A stretch of DNA of 62,198 bases, counting the filler, from Nitrospinota bacterium (lineage in GTDB: Bacteria; JAUXIQ01): NCBI GenBank assembly GCA_030620925.1. It is 9 parts of 9 records of this genome, joined end to end, with 100 filler letters (N's around TTAATTAATTAA, not from the genome) between each part and the next. Parts side by side here need not be neighbours in the genome. Positions count along the whole stretch, not along the records: positions 17,404 to 22,450 come from JAUXIQ010000186.1; positions 22,551 to 25,165 come from JAUXIQ010000429.1; positions 25,266 to 30,875 come from JAUXIQ010000157.1; positions 30,976 to 40,536 come from JAUXIQ010000048.1; 5 more parts are not named here. The stretch is one strand, 5' to 3'. Numbering within the stretch: the stretch's first letter is position 1; the number at the start of each line of letters is the position of its first letter. This document shows positions 20,867-32,084 of this stretch, in pieces. The notes under the pieces are model-generated. The model was not told where the DNA came from. It saw nothing but the letters and a program-made list of their open reading frames with translations, and ran no database searches. The position numbers were made by a program, and so were the translations under genes.

Positions 20867-21681
20867 GAAGGATAACGCCGAGACTCCTGGTCTTCTCAGT
20901 GGTTCTCGCCGCGCTGGCGCTGACGCCGCTTTCCCGGGCCGCGGGGCAATCGGCGGAAGAGATAATGAAAAAATATCATCTGATCTACTACTATGCCGCC
21001 GAAGACGGCAGAGCCGTGGTACAGATGAAGCTCATAAACAAGCAGGGGAAGACGCGGGAGAGATACTTCACCATGCTTCGAAGGGACGTGGAAGAAGGCG
21101 GCCGGCAGAAATATTTCATATACTTCCACAGGCCGGGAGACGTGCGGGGCACCGTTTTCATGGTGCACAAACATCCGGGCAAGGACGACGACCGCTGGCT
21201 CTACATCCCCGCAATCAACCTGACCAAGCGCATCGCAGCCAACGACAAGCGCACCAGCTTCATGGGCTCCGACTACACCTACGAGGACGTATCGGGCAGA
21301 AACCCCGCCGATGACGACCACGAGCTGATAAAAGAAGAAGCCCTGGACGGAAAACAGGTTTACCTGATCAAGAGCGTGCCCAAAAACAAGGGCAGCGTAG
21401 ATTTCGCCTATCGCCTGATCTGGATTGACAAAGAGAGTTACCTGCCCCTGAAGGAGGAATACTATAACAGCCGCCAGGAGCTCTACAAGGTATTCACCGC
21501 CGATAAAATCGAAGAGATAGAGGGGATACTCACCATCACCGCAAGGACAATGAAAAACCTGGAGACCGGCCACCGCACGGAAGTCTCCTTCGAGTCCATC
21601 GATTATAACGCGGGGCTAACGGACGAAGTATTCTCCAAAAGATACTTCAAGAATCCTCCCCGCAAGTGGATAAAAAAATAG
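20863..21681 (+). CDS. Outer-membrane lipoprotein-sorting (LolA-like) protein
   Basis: Signal peptide; PGDVRGT, DDRWLYIPA, SFMGSDYTYED. Confidence 0.88.
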   Translation: MRRITPRLLVFSVVLAALALTPLSRAAGQSAEEIMKKYHLIYYYAAEDGRAVVQMKLINKQGKTRERYFTMLRRDVEEGGRQKYFIYFHRPGDVRGTVFMVHKHPGKDDDRWLYIPAINLTKRIAANDKRTSFMGSDYTYEDVSGRNPADDDHELIKEEALDGKQVYLIKSVPKNKGSVDFAYRLIWIDKESYLPLKEEYYNSRQELYKVFTADKIEEIEGILTITARTMKNLETGHRTEVSFESIDYNAGLTDEVFSKRYFKNPPRKWIKK

Positions 21682-21704
21682 GTAAGCCGCCAGTGACTAA
21701 GCGG

Positions 21705-22450
21705 ATGCTCAACATAAAGGCTATTCTGGCCTTGATCGCGGCTCTGGCCCTCATCCCCTGGACAGCATACGCGCTGGAACCGCCTGAACTGCACGGTTTC
21801 ATCCAGGGAAACTTCACGCCCCGGGTCAGCGGCAGCCCCGACGACGACTTCATCCTGGCAGAGGAGCGGCTGCAACTGGAGGCCGAGCAGTTCGGGGATG
21901 CGCTTAACTCCAGGGCTTTCTTCAAGATGGATTTCTTCCACGACGCCGTGTACGATGAAGCGGACCTTGAGCTGCGTGAGGCGCTGGTCGATTTCTCCCT
22001 GGGCAAGTTCGATTTCCGGGTGGGGAGGCAGATAATAACATGGGGGGTGGGCGACCTGATATTCATCAACGACGCTTTTCCCAAAGACTTCTCGGCGTTC
22101 TTCTCCGGCCGGCCCCTGGAATATCTCAAAATCCCCTCTGACGCCCTGAGAATAAGCTACTTCCCCGGAAGCTTCTCATTCGATCTAGTTATAGTGCCCG
22201 CTTTCGAGCGGGATAATCTGCCGGACGGGGAGCGACTCCTGTTCTTCGACCCACTGGCCGCCATCCCCAACCGCACGGTCACCGAACCGGCAACGGAACT
22301 GGGCAACACCGAGGTCGCTCTCCGGCTGCAGAAGCAGGTTTCCAGCTACGATTTGTCGCTCTACGTTTTCCGGGGTTTCTCCAAACAGCCGGGCGCCAGG
22401 CTCATATCAGCGGATACGGTAGAGCTTTTCTTCCCCCCCCTGAACATCTA
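21705..22450 (+). CDS. Putative outer-membrane beta-barrel (DUF1302-like), truncated
   Basis: Signal peptide; LELREALVD, DFRVGRQIITWG; usual third gene of MMPL-LolA operons. Confidence 0.7.
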
Positions 22451-22550
22451 NNNNNNNNNNNNNNNNNNNNNNNNNNNNNNNNNNNNNNNNNNNNTTAATT
22501 AATTAANNNNNNNNNNNNNNNNNNNNNNNNNNNNNNNNNNNNNNNNNNNN
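22451..22550. other. Artificial contig linker
   Basis: N44-TTAATTAATTAA-N44. Confidence 0.99.
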
Positions 22551-23273
22551 AGTGGTGTTTTGAGCCTCATCGAGTATTATGAAGGAATCGTTGAGCGTCC
22601 TGCCCCTCATGTAGGCCAGGGGCGCCACTTCTATGGTGCCCCGCTCCTGAAACTTCTGCACCATATCGAAATCCATCATATCGTAAAGAGCGTCATAAAG
22701 CGGCCTCAGGTAGGGGTTAACTTTTTCGAAAATATCCCCCGGAAGAAAGCCAAGCTTCTCTCCCGCCTCTACCGCAGGCCTGGTGAGTATGATCCGGCTG
22801 TATTTCTTTGTTATTAGATCGGACACCCCCATGGCCATGGCCAGGTATGTCTTCCCTGTGCCCGCCGGACCGATGGCTATGACCAGGTCGTAATCCCTCA
22901 TAGCCTGAATATATTCCTTCTGGTTCCTGCCCTTGGGAGTTACCGCGCGTCTCTTGGTGGATATCTTTAGCTGGTCTTCGTACAACTCCCGAATATCGGC
23001 CCCGTGGTCTGTGGCTGAGGTCTTTACCAGATGCAAGAACTCGTTGGAGGTTATGGTATGGCCCGATGCAAACAGGTAGTCAAGCTCTTTCAAGAGTTTC
23101 TCCGCCCCTTCCACCGATTTAGAATCGCCTTCAAGGGTTATTTCATGCCCCCTGGCTGAAATGCGCACGTTAAATGTTTTCTCTATCAGTTTCAGGTTTT
23201 CGTCCCTGATACCGAAAAGTTCCAGGGTTTTGTATCCTTCGGTAAGCTTGACCTCCCTTCTAATATTACTCAT
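22551..23273 (-). CDS. phoH: PhoH-family ATPase, 3'-truncated
   Basis: GPAGTGKT, RPAVEAGEKLGFLPG, PLAYMRGRT, LDEAQN. Confidence 0.95.
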
Positions 23274-23501
23274 TGAGCTCCTTTTTTCCCTCAATGCTTG
23301 AAGAGGGAGGCCCTCCAATAGGCCCCCCTCCGCAACGGGTAACGCGCAAAATCAAAATTTTCCCTACAAAAAAGAACTTTTTCAAGTATTCTCTCCAAAG
23401 GCTGGAAACCGGAATCAAATAGCCCCGGCCCGCCTTTAGCAATTACTCTAATAAACTAGTTTAGCACAGGGAACAGCTATTTTCAAAAATAAATAGTTCT
23501 C

Positions 23502-25165
23502 TTAATCTTCTGATGAAATCGCTTCCAGGAGCTTTCGTTCCAACTCGTTTAAGACATCTACATCCTCAATTTTTCTGCCCTCGAAATCGGTTATATAAAA
23601 TGAGTTTATGGCCCTGTGCACCTCTGTGGATATCCTTGCCAGGTAAATGTTGGCTCCCTCGCTGAACAGGGTATTGGCTATGGAGTAGAGAAGACCCAAC
23701 TTGTCCTGAGCTATAACATCTATTACTGTGTGGGTATCGGAAGAGATGTTATCCAGGGACACCTTGGGGATAACCTCCATGTGTTCCACCTTCCCGGCTT
23801 GAAGGGGCTTCTTACGCCCCGACATGAGCTGTTCCATGGTGAGCTTTCCTTCCAATATCCTGGTCAGGAAGTGGTTTACCATTTCCCAGGTCTCCTGATC
23901 GGTAACCGGTTTTCCGTCTAATCCGTTGACCTGCAGTATGTCCAGGACTGAGCCGTCAGTACCGGTGTAAATCTGCGCTCCGATAATGTTTATGTTCATC
24001 GCCGAGAGGGTACCGGCGATGTTGCTGAAGAGACCCGGTTTCTCCCTGGTGCAGACCACCAGTTCGGTGCTCCCTTTGAGAAAGTCGTGGGTCTGATCCA
24101 GGACGATGCTCTTTTCTTTTAAATTACGTACCAGCTCCAGATGCCGGACCAATCTGTCGGGAGGGGTGGTGGTCAGGTAGTGGTAGGGCATGGCGTGCAG
24201 GTAATTTTCCATCTCCTCGACGCCGACGTCTTCTCCCAACATGGCAATAGTCCGGCTTTTTACCTGCTCCAGCGTATCCTCCAGGGAGTATTCCGGTTTT
24301 CCTCCCCTCACGAAGTAATTATGTGTCTCGTGGTACAACTCCCAAAGCAGAGCCCCCTTCCAGGTAGTCCAGACATGGGGGCCAACACCCCTGGTGTCGG
24401 CATAAGTTAACAGGTAGAGGAGGGTGAGGTTTTCCTCACTCTCCAATATGCGCGCGAAGCCGGCCACCATATTTTCGTCACTTATGTTCCTTCGCTGGGA
24501 TAGATGGCTCATGGTCAAGTGGTTTTCTACCAGAAAGCGCAATCGCTTGCAGTCCTCTTCTTCTATATCCCAGCGCTGCGCTATTTCTGAGACGATGGCC
24601 GCGCCGGTCTCAGCGTGTCCTTTGCCCCTTATCTTCCCTATATCGTGCATAAGTACCGCCAGCTTCAGGAGCCACGGTTTGTGCACCCTCTTATAAAGGG
24701 TGGAGAGCTCTTTCAATTCGGGCTCCTGGGTATTTTCTAAATCCTCCAGATGTTTGAGGGCTCTGAGAACATGCTCGTCCACCGTATATCTATGATAGAG
24801 GTCGTATTGGGCCAGACTGGTGAGCCCCTCGAACTCAGGGATATATTTTCCCAGAACTCCCGCATCGTGCATTTGGCGGAGCGCATCGGCGGCATCATCC
24901 TGAGACAGTATCTCCAAGAAGATGTCTCTGGCCTGCGGACTGTCTATTATACTGCGATCAAGGTGGTGAAGGTTCTGGCTGATCTTCCTCAGGGTGCTCT
25001 GGCCCGGGGCCAGCTTCAGGGCCTGGCAATGCCTGAACAGCTTTAACATAAGAATGGGATGGTCCACGAAAGGGTCCCCCTCCACCACAATTTCCCCACC
25101 GACGGAGTAGAGGCCGCGGTCGACCTTTTTCCGCTTCAGGGCCCTGCCCAATCGATGGAAAAAGC
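23502..25165 (-). CDS. glnD: [Protein-PII] uridylyltransferase, 5'-truncated (HD + two ACT domains)
   Basis: YHRYTVDEH, HDIGK, LTYADTRGVG, WKGALLWELY, two ACT domains. Confidence 0.93.
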
Positions 25166-25265
25166 NNNNNNNNNNNNNNNNNNNNNNNNNNNNNNNNNNN
25201 NNNNNNNNNTTAATTAATTAANNNNNNNNNNNNNNNNNNNNNNNNNNNNNNNNNNNNNNNNNNNN
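25166..25265. other. Artificial contig linker
   Basis: N44-TTAATTAATTAA-N44. Confidence 0.99.
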
Positions 25266-25417
25266 ACCGAGAGGCGGGAGTTTTCGTAACGCACTTCAAG
25301 CACCCTCTGCTTATCCGCAGACAGGGATACGGCAGGCAGGGCCAACATGGTTCCCGCCAGCAGAAACATTACGGTTCCTGTCTTAAAGCGCATTTTCCTT
25401 TTTCCAGTCGGTTTCAC
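25266..25417 (-). CDS. Secreted protein N-terminus, truncated
   Basis: Basic N-terminus, hydrophobic core and SLSA cleavage-like site; runs into the gap. Confidence 0.55.
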
Positions 25418-25449
25418 TTCTTAATCGGCGCTCCTCAACTGAAAGAAAC

Positions 25450-26808
25450 TCAAGTAAGGTTCTTCATGAGTTCCCTGACGTCCTCGAGCTTCTCCAGACT
25501 CATAAGCATCTCCAAGGATTTTTCCACTTTTCCCCCGTTGAGCACCTGCCCGGCGCAGTTGCTATACTTGCCGGTAATTTCGCTTTCAGATAGGGGGATG
25601 TCCGGGTCTCCCTTGGGTGCATCCACTCTGCATGTGAGCGATTCTCCGTCCTTGAGGTGCACGGTAACCATTGCCGGTAAGCGGCCCAACCCCGGCCCGC
25701 CGAAATCGGGATGGACGAACATGTTGACCTTTTTTATCAGTTCCTGGACCGTATCTCCCTGAACTTTGGTGTCAACGAATTGCTCCATGCCGGCTCTCCT
25801 GTCCACGAGTCCGATGGCCATGCAGTACTGCATGCTGAATTTCCCCTCCAGTCCCGTGCGGGGGCGGTCGTGTATGAGTACCTGGGGGGCCATTTCGTTC
25901 ACCCCGCATTCAATCTTGTCCACGTCGCCGGGAGATATGTCGTGCTCCGCCGTCAGTTGCAGCATGGCATCCAGCGCCGAATGGGTTAACCGGCAGGAGG
26001 GATACGGTTTCAGCCCCACCCCCGGGGAAAACACCTCAAAGGGGTCGCCTAGCTTTTCCACCGCTCTCTCGGCGTTAAATTCTCCACCTTCGGTGAATAC
26101 GTGGCAGAAACCCAGAGGTTTCTCCAGTACGTCACCGTCGGCGGTGAACCCGCGAGCGGCCATCATCGCCGCCACCACTCCCCCCCGGGCGGCGTTTCCG
26201 GCGTGAAAAGGCTTGGTCATGGAACCGAAATTTAGCCGCACACCCGATGCCTGAGAAGCGGCTATGCCCAGGGCCATGCGCGTCTGGTCGACGCTCAGCC
26301 CCAGCAACTTTGCGCCGACTGCGGCCGCTCCGAATACTCCCAGCGTCGAGGTGGCGTGCCATCCCTTCTTATAGTGATTGGGGTTGACCGCCCGGCCCAA
26401 TTTGGCCTCCACCTCAAAACCCACTATGTAAGCCTCCAGCGCCTTTTCGCCCGATACGCCCAGTTCCTCGCCCAGGGCAAAAACGGCGGGTACCAGTGGC
26501 ACCGAGGGATGACCGGACATGGACTGGGTAACGTCATCGAAGTCCAGCGCGTGACCCATGGTCCCGTTGGCCAGGGCGGCATCCGGGCTGCCGGTCTGAA
26601 AACCGCCTCCGATGACGGTGGCCACCCCCTTGCCGCCCAGGTGACGCACGAAGTCGGTGATAATTTTCCCCGATTCGTCGGCGGCACCGGCGACGGTCAC
26701 CCCCACGCAATCGAGTATGGCCGTCCTGGCCGCGGTGACCGCCTCCTTAGGCATGGAATTGAACGTACAGCCGGCTATAAACTGCGCCATCTTCTCCGTG
26801 ACTCCCAT
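25450..26808 (-). CDS. MmgE/PrpD family protein
   Basis: NGTMGHALDFDD, GHPS, GWHAT, KPFHAG, KPYPSC, KFSMQY. Confidence 0.93.
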   Translation of the reverse strand: MGVTEKMAQFIAGCTFNSMPKEAVTAARTAILDCVGVTVAGAADESGKIITDFVRHLGGKGVATVIGGGFQTGSPDAALANGTMGHALDFDDVTQSMSGHPSVPLVPAVFALGEELGVSGEKALEAYIVGFEVEAKLGRAVNPNHYKKGWHATSTLGVFGAAAVGAKLLGLSVDQTRMALGIAASQASGVRLNFGSMTKPFHAGNAARGGVVAAMMAARGFTADGDVLEKPLGFCHVFTEGGEFNAERAVEKLGDPFEVFSPGVGLKPYPSCRLTHSALDAMLQLTAEHDISPGDVDKIECGVNEMAPQVLIHDRPRTGLEGKFSMQYCMAIGLVDRRAGMEQFVDTKVQGDTVQELIKKVNMFVHPDFGGPGLGRLPAMVTVHLKDGESLTCRVDAPKGDPDIPLSESEITGKYSNCAGQVLNGGKVEKSLEMLMSLEKLEDVRELMKNLT

Positions 26809-26997
26809 GACCTGCCCTCCCTATCATGACTATCAAAAAAGATATTCCCCGCTCTCTGCGAACCGTTCTACCGTGGGATCAACTGGCTTCGAAAAGCGAT
26901 GCTTAGAGCATAACTCAAAAGACGCTCCGGTTAAAGCGTAAAAATTGATTAGAAGGGGTCGGAAATTTTCCAACCGCTCCCCCTCCTTTTAATCTTA

Positions 26998-27027
26998 TTG
27001 ACATACGGGCATTACAGTTGATAACTT
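26998..27027 (+). promoter_or_regulatory. Putative sigma70 promoter of the mce operon
   Basis: TTGACA-18 bp-TAACTT with TGn extension. Confidence 0.45.
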
Positions 27028-27105
27028 TAATTCACCACCGATTTAAGGAACAAGTTTTAAATGCAGTAACGCCGCAGACAAAGCGAATTGAAAAAGGGGC
27101 AAACC

Positions 27106-27504
27106 ATGATCCAAAGGATAGACCACCTGGGTGTGGCAGTGAAGGATGTCGAGGAATCGACGAAATTCTATAGAGACGTGCTGGGGCTGGAAACCGGCGA
27201 ACTGATCGAACATCACGGGATGAGAATGGTGTTCATCAAGATAGGGGAGAGTAACTTCGAGCTCATCGAAGACGGTAACCCCGACAGCGTGATCGCCAAA
27301 TATATAGAGAACAAGGGCGAAGGGATACATCACGTATCACTGATAGTGGATGACATAGAGGCCGAGCTGAAAGCGGTAAAGGAAAAGGGGGTTACCCTTA
27401 TCGACGAAAAAGCCAGGCTAGGCGCCGAGGGGTTCCCCGTCGCTTTCCTGCATCCCAAGAGCACCAACGGAGTGCTCGTGGAGTTCTGCCAGAAGGAAGA
27501 ATAG
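27106..27504 (+). CDS. mce: Methylmalonyl-CoA epimerase (VOC fold)
   Basis: IDHLGVAV, GEGIHH, FLHPKSTNGVLVE. Confidence 0.9.
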   Translation: MIQRIDHLGVAVKDVEESTKFYRDVLGLETGELIEHHGMRMVFIKIGESNFELIEDGNPDSVIAKYIENKGEGIHHVSLIVDDIEAELKAVKEKGVTLIDEKARLGAEGFPVAFLHPKSTNGVLVEFCQKEE

Positions 27505-27573
27505 ACCTGCTTTTCCCGTGAGCGCATCGCCGCGGGAAACAGCGGATTCCCTCTTCAATAGGAGAAAGCCGAA

Positions 27574-28371
27574 ATGTCGGAAGACCTGCTGCTCAAAGAA
27601 GTGAAGGGAAGAGTTTGCACTCTTACGGTAAACAACGCGGCCAAGATGAATTCCCTGGACCCCGATATCCTTATGCAGTTCCACTATGTCCTGGGCGAGC
27701 TGAACGAAGACGACGAGGTGCGCTGCGTGGTGCTGCGCGGTGCCGGCGAGAGAGCTTTCTCCGCGGGCTACGACATTTCCAAGATACCCATCAGCGAAAA
27801 GGGACACTCCACCGAACCACAACCCGCCCACAGCATACTCAAGAAGGGCCTGACCGCCATCGCCAACTACAAATACCCCGTCATAGCCATGATACAGGGG
27901 CACTGCGCGGGAGCGGGCATGGAGCTGGCGGTAACCTGCGATATGCGAATGGCTTCAGATAACAGCAAGTTCATGATGCCCCCCGCCAAGCTGGGCGTGC
28001 TTTACAGCTACCACGGCACGCAGAAATTGATCGACCTGGTGGGGCTGGGGAACACCTGCGAGATATTCTTCAGCGGGAGAAGATTCGACGCCCAGCGGGC
28101 CAGGGAGATCGGCCTGGTCAACCACGTGGTTCCTCAAGAGGAGCTGGAGACTTTTACCTACCAGATGGCTGAAGAGGTTAGCGGTAACGCGCCGCTTACC
28201 CTCATGGCTACCAAGAAAATAATCGCCAGGAGCCTTAAATACAGGGTCATGCCCCCCGAAGTCCTCCAGGAAATAGCCGGCCTCACTCATACCATCTTCA
28301 ACAGCGAGGACGTAAAGGAGGGGCAGAAGTCTTTCGCCGAAAAACGCAAACCGCAATTCAAGGGGAGGTAA
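27574..28371 (+). CDS. Enoyl-CoA hydratase/isomerase family
   Basis: FSAGYDI, GAGMELAVTCD, PPAKLG, EKRKPQFKG. Confidence 0.93.
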   Translation: MSEDLLLKEVKGRVCTLTVNNAAKMNSLDPDILMQFHYVLGELNEDDEVRCVVLRGAGERAFSAGYDISKIPISEKGHSTEPQPAHSILKKGLTAIANYKYPVIAMIQGHCAGAGMELAVTCDMRMASDNSKFMMPPAKLGVLYSYHGTQKLIDLVGLGNTCEIFFSGRRFDAQRAREIGLVNHVVPQEELETFTYQMAEEVSGNAPLTLMATKKIIARSLKYRVMPPEVLQEIAGLTHTIFNSEDVKEGQKSFAEKRKPQFKGR

Positions 28372-28376
28372 ATTAG

Positions 28377-29567
28377 ATGCGCTCAATGCTGAGCGGAGTC
28401 AGGATACTGGACTTATCCCGAATGCTTGCCGGGCCTTACGGCTCGCTTCTCATGGGAGATTTGGGGGCGGAGGTCATAAAGGTGGAGATGCCCGGAGACG
28501 GAGACCCCACCCGGCTGGGCACTCATGTCACCATCGGCGGCCAGAACGCTTTCTTCCTGGCCGTTAACCGCAGCAAGAAGAGTATCACCCTGGACCTCAA
28601 CAAAGAAGAGGGGATAGAGGTTTTCTACGACCTGGTGAAAGTATCCGACGTGGTGTACGACAACTTCCGGCCCGCGGTTCTGAAGAAGCTGAAGTGCACT
28701 TACGAAACGCTCAAGAAGCAAAATCCCCGCATAATATGCTGCTCCATATCCGGCTACGGGCATAACGGCCCCCACATGGACCAGCCCTCCTTCGACCTGG
28801 CGGTGCAGGCGAGGTCCGGCGGGATGAGCATCACCGGCGAGCCGGGAAGGCCGCCGGTGCGGGCGGGCATACCCATCGGTGACCTGGCGGGGGGCATGTT
28901 CGCCGCCTACGCCATCTCGTCCGCTCTCTATCAGCGGGAACAGACCGGTGAAGGCCAGAAACTGGACATCTCTCTCCTGGATTGCCAGGTTTCCATGCTC
29001 ACCTACGTGGGGCAGTACTATTTCGCCAACGGCGTTGTCCCCGGCCCCATAGGCACCACCCACCAGTCGGTCTTCCCCTACCAGGCCTTCAAGGCCAAGG
29101 ACGACTACATGGTCATCGCCGCACCCACGGAGAAGTTCTGGAAGAAGCTGTGCAAGGTGCTGGGCAGGGAAGACCTGTCTGAAAACCCCAAGTTCGCTGA
29201 CAACAACTCCCGGGTGGAACACAAGGAAGAGCTACAGGCCATATTCGAAGAGGAGTTCGCAAAGGAAGACATCAAGCACTGGATGGAGGCCATTTCCCGC
29301 GAGGGGATACCCGCGGGGCCGGTCAACACCGTGGACAAAGCCCTTTCCGATCCCCAGGTGCTGGCCCGCGGGATGGTGTTCGAGATGGACCACCCGGGGG
29401 TCGGAAAATATAAGGCCATCGGCAACCCCGTAAAAACATCCAGCTCAGACGACGGCCCCTATAAACCCGCCCCGGCGCTTGGCATGCACACCGATGAGGT
29501 GTTTTCGGATTACCTGGGATACTCGGAGGAAAAGATAGCCGCTCTACGGCAGTCAGGAATAATTTAG
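28377..29567 (+). CDS. Family III CoA-transferase
   Basis: LAGP, DLGAEVIKVE, NRSKKS, NFRP, APALG. Confidence 0.94.
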   Translation: MRSMLSGVRILDLSRMLAGPYGSLLMGDLGAEVIKVEMPGDGDPTRLGTHVTIGGQNAFFLAVNRSKKSITLDLNKEEGIEVFYDLVKVSDVVYDNFRPAVLKKLKCTYETLKKQNPRIICCSISGYGHNGPHMDQPSFDLAVQARSGGMSITGEPGRPPVRAGIPIGDLAGGMFAAYAISSALYQREQTGEGQKLDISLLDCQVSMLTYVGQYYFANGVVPGPIGTTHQSVFPYQAFKAKDDYMVIAAPTEKFWKKLCKVLGREDLSENPKFADNNSRVEHKEELQAIFEEEFAKEDIKHWMEAISREGIPAGPVNTVDKALSDPQVLARGMVFEMDHPGVGKYKAIGNPVKTSSSDDGPYKPAPALGMHTDEVFSDYLGYSEEKIAALRQSGII

Positions 29568-29647
29568 CCGCAGATGAGAGCACCGGCTTAGAAATATTTT
29601 GATAGAGAGCAGTTTGCAGCGATAACTTGTGAACGAGGAGTGAAACG

Positions 29648-30115
29648 ATGAATTACACCACCACCGGCTTATACTTCGACCAGTTGAAAGTGGGTGACAG
29701 GCTGACCACTTACCAGCGCACGGTTTCGGAAACGGATATTGTCAACTTCGTGAACATGGTGGGACTCACCGAAGAGCTGTTCTCGAGCGTGGAATACGTG
29801 GAAAAGAAGAGCCTGTTCGGCAAGCGCATCGCACCCGGCGCGCTCACCTTCGGACTGGCCGAAGGGCTGGCCGTCCAGCTAGGCTGGCTGCGGGAAACGG
29901 CCATGGCCTTCCTGGGGTTGGATGGGATGCGCATTCCGGCGCCGGTCTTCGTGAACGACACCATTCACGTGGAGATAGAAATAACTGAGCTCAAAGAGAC
30001 AAAGAAGGGAGACAGGGGCGTGGTTACCGCCTTCCATACCGTCAAGAACCAGCGGGATGAGACAGTGATGACGTATACGGTGTCGCGGATGATGAAGAAA
30101 TCTTCGGATGCTTGA
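29648..30115 (+). CDS. MaoC-type hotdog dehydratase
   Basis: RTVSETD, FGKRIAPG, PVFVNDT. Confidence 0.9.
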   Translation: MNYTTTGLYFDQLKVGDRLTTYQRTVSETDIVNFVNMVGLTEELFSSVEYVEKKSLFGKRIAPGALTFGLAEGLAVQLGWLRETAMAFLGLDGMRIPAPVFVNDTIHVEIEITELKETKKGDRGVVTAFHTVKNQRDETVMTYTVSRMMKKSSDA

Positions 30116-30857
30116 TCGCATCCAGGTCCTGAAAAATAACGAACATGTATATGGCCATAAATATGGCCAGGAAGGGTTGAATAATCACCATCAATATGCT
30201 GGGGGATGATGCCGGTAATATCCACATGGCCTGAATCTGGACCAGGAAAAAAATGACATGGAAAACTATTAACCGCAAAAAGACGGACCACCAGTGCCCC
30301 CACACCAGCTTCCGGCTTTCCCCGAGGGCCTCCGATCCTCGCAGCCCTTTGTGTATAAGCACAAAGGGAGCGAAGCCGTACCATATAAGAAAGAGTGTCC
30401 CCAGCGATACCCCCAGGATAGTGCCGCCGATAATCCAGGACGCACAATCGCACCTGGAGGACATCGTCCACGCCACCATCACAGGGAATAAGCCCAAAAT
30501 CACTATGAACGCCATTATAACCGTCACCCATAACAACGAATAGGCGGAACCCACCCCCTTCCTGAAGGCTTCTTTTACCGTGATACTATCAGCCCTGTCC
30601 AGACTGTAGATCAAACCGGCCAAAGCAATATAAAATAGTACCATACCGGCAAATACCAGGATAACATAAAGATATACGGAGTTTAACCGGACCGTGGAGG
30701 CTTCCATACCTTCATAGAGAGCCCCGATAGCGACATATACGATATATGGCACACCGAATATTATGATGAATTTCCACCACCCGGAGACGAATATCCCACA
30801 CGTGAGGCTGAAATGCCGAATGATAGAGTTTAACTTCAACTTGTCATTCTTTCCCAT
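30042..30857 (-). CDS. Hypothetical multi-pass membrane protein (GPDPase membrane-domain-like)
   Basis: About six hydrophobic helices; ALGESRKLVWGHWW pattern. Confidence 0.7.
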   Translation of the reverse strand: MGKNDKLKLNSIIRHFSLTCGIFVSGWWKFIIIFGVPYIVYVAIGALYEGMEASTVRLNSVYLYVILVFAGMVLFYIALAGLIYSLDRADSITVKEAFRKGVGSAYSLLWVTVIMAFIVILGLFPVMVAWTMSSRCDCASWIIGGTILGVSLGTLFLIWYGFAPFVLIHKGLRGSEALGESRKLVWGHWWSVFLRLIVFHVIFFLVQIQAMWILPASSPSILMVIIQPFLAIFMAIYMFVIFQDLDAIKHPKISSSSATPYTSSLSHPAGS

Positions 30858-30875
30858 TTGTAACCCATCTCCCCG

Positions 30876-30975
30876 NNNNNNNNNNNNNNNNNNNNNNNNN
30901 NNNNNNNNNNNNNNNNNNNTTAATTAATTAANNNNNNNNNNNNNNNNNNNNNNNNNNNNNNNNNNNNNNNNNNNN
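30876..30975. other. Artificial contig linker
   Basis: N44-TTAATTAATTAA-N44. Confidence 0.99.
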
Positions 30976-31006
30976 AGTTATTTTATATATCCGAAGTTCT
31001 GTAAAG

Positions 31007-32083
31007 GTGGTAAATACCTTGAATGAAACCGACAAAGACCTTAATTCTTTAGACGATTTAGACGCCAGAATAGTAAAACTGCTTAATGAAAGGGCCGAAA
31101 CTGAGGTAAGGCTTCTTAAGGAATGCATCGATTCCGACAAGGAAAAATTCCTGGACAGGCTCACAGGTGCATACCAAAGAATAAAAAATAACCTTTCCGG
31201 CCCGCTTCCTGAAGCTGCCTTGAAGTCTATCTTCAGGGAAGTCGTTGCCTCCACTTTTTCTCTGGCCAAACCCAATACAGTCGCATATCTGGGGCCTCCA
31301 GCCACCTTCACGCATATGGCATGCATGCGTAGTTTCGGCTCCTCGGCCCATTTCCAGCCCGCAGTGTCCATAGCTCAGATTTTCGAAGAAGTGGAAAAGG
31401 GTAAGGCCGATTATGGTGTGGTGCCTGTGGAAAACTCCATTGAAGGGACAGTCACCTACACCGTGGATATGTTCGTGGATTCCGACCTGAAAATTTGCGG
31501 CGAGATACTTCTGGAGATAACCCAGAACCTTCTCTCCAAAGCGGGCAGCGTGGGTGAGATAAAAAAAGTCTACTCGCACCCGCAGGCCCTCGCCCAGTGC
31601 CGCTTCTGGTTGGAGAATAACCTGAAGGGGATCGAGCTGGTGGAGGTGGAAAGCACGGCCAAGGCGGCGGAATACGCCTCCAGAGAACCCGAAACGGCTG
31701 CCGTGGCCAGCGAGGCAGCGGCCTCCATTTACGACCTGCACATACTTGAACCGAAAATACAGGATCAATATAATAACTACACCAGATTTTTCATCATAAG
31801 CGATCAACAGGTTTCTCCCACCGGAAGGGATAAAACCTCCATTCTGTTTTCAGTCAAACACGAGGCGGGAGCCCTTCATCGGGGTTTGAAGACCCTGGCT
31901 GACAACGGGTTAAACCTGACACAGATAGAATCCCGTCCCACAAGGAAGAAAGCATGGGAATACGTATTTTTCGTGGATTTCGAAGGTCATGTAGAGCAGG
32001 AAAAAGTGAGCACGGCTTTAAAAGAATTGGAAGCGACGTGCCTGTTCGTCAAGGTTTTGGGTTCCTATCCGAGGAGCGAGTGA
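31007..32083 (+). CDS. pheA: Chorismate mutase/prephenate dehydratase
   Basis: AYLGP, VPVENSIEG, SHPQALAQC, NYTRF, IESRP, LGSYP. Confidence 0.95.
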   Translation: MVNTLNETDKDLNSLDDLDARIVKLLNERAETEVRLLKECIDSDKEKFLDRLTGAYQRIKNNLSGPLPEAALKSIFREVVASTFSLAKPNTVAYLGPPATFTHMACMRSFGSSAHFQPAVSIAQIFEEVEKGKADYGVVPVENSIEGTVTYTVDMFVDSDLKICGEILLEITQNLLSKAGSVGEIKKVYSHPQALAQCRFWLENNLKGIELVEVESTAKAAEYASREPETAAVASEAAASIYDLHILEPKIQDQYNNYTRFFIISDQQVSPTGRDKTSILFSVKHEAGALHRGLKTLADNGLNLTQIESRPTRKKAWEYVFFVDFEGHVEQEKVSTALKELEATCLFVKVLGSYPRSE

Positions 32084-32084
32084 T

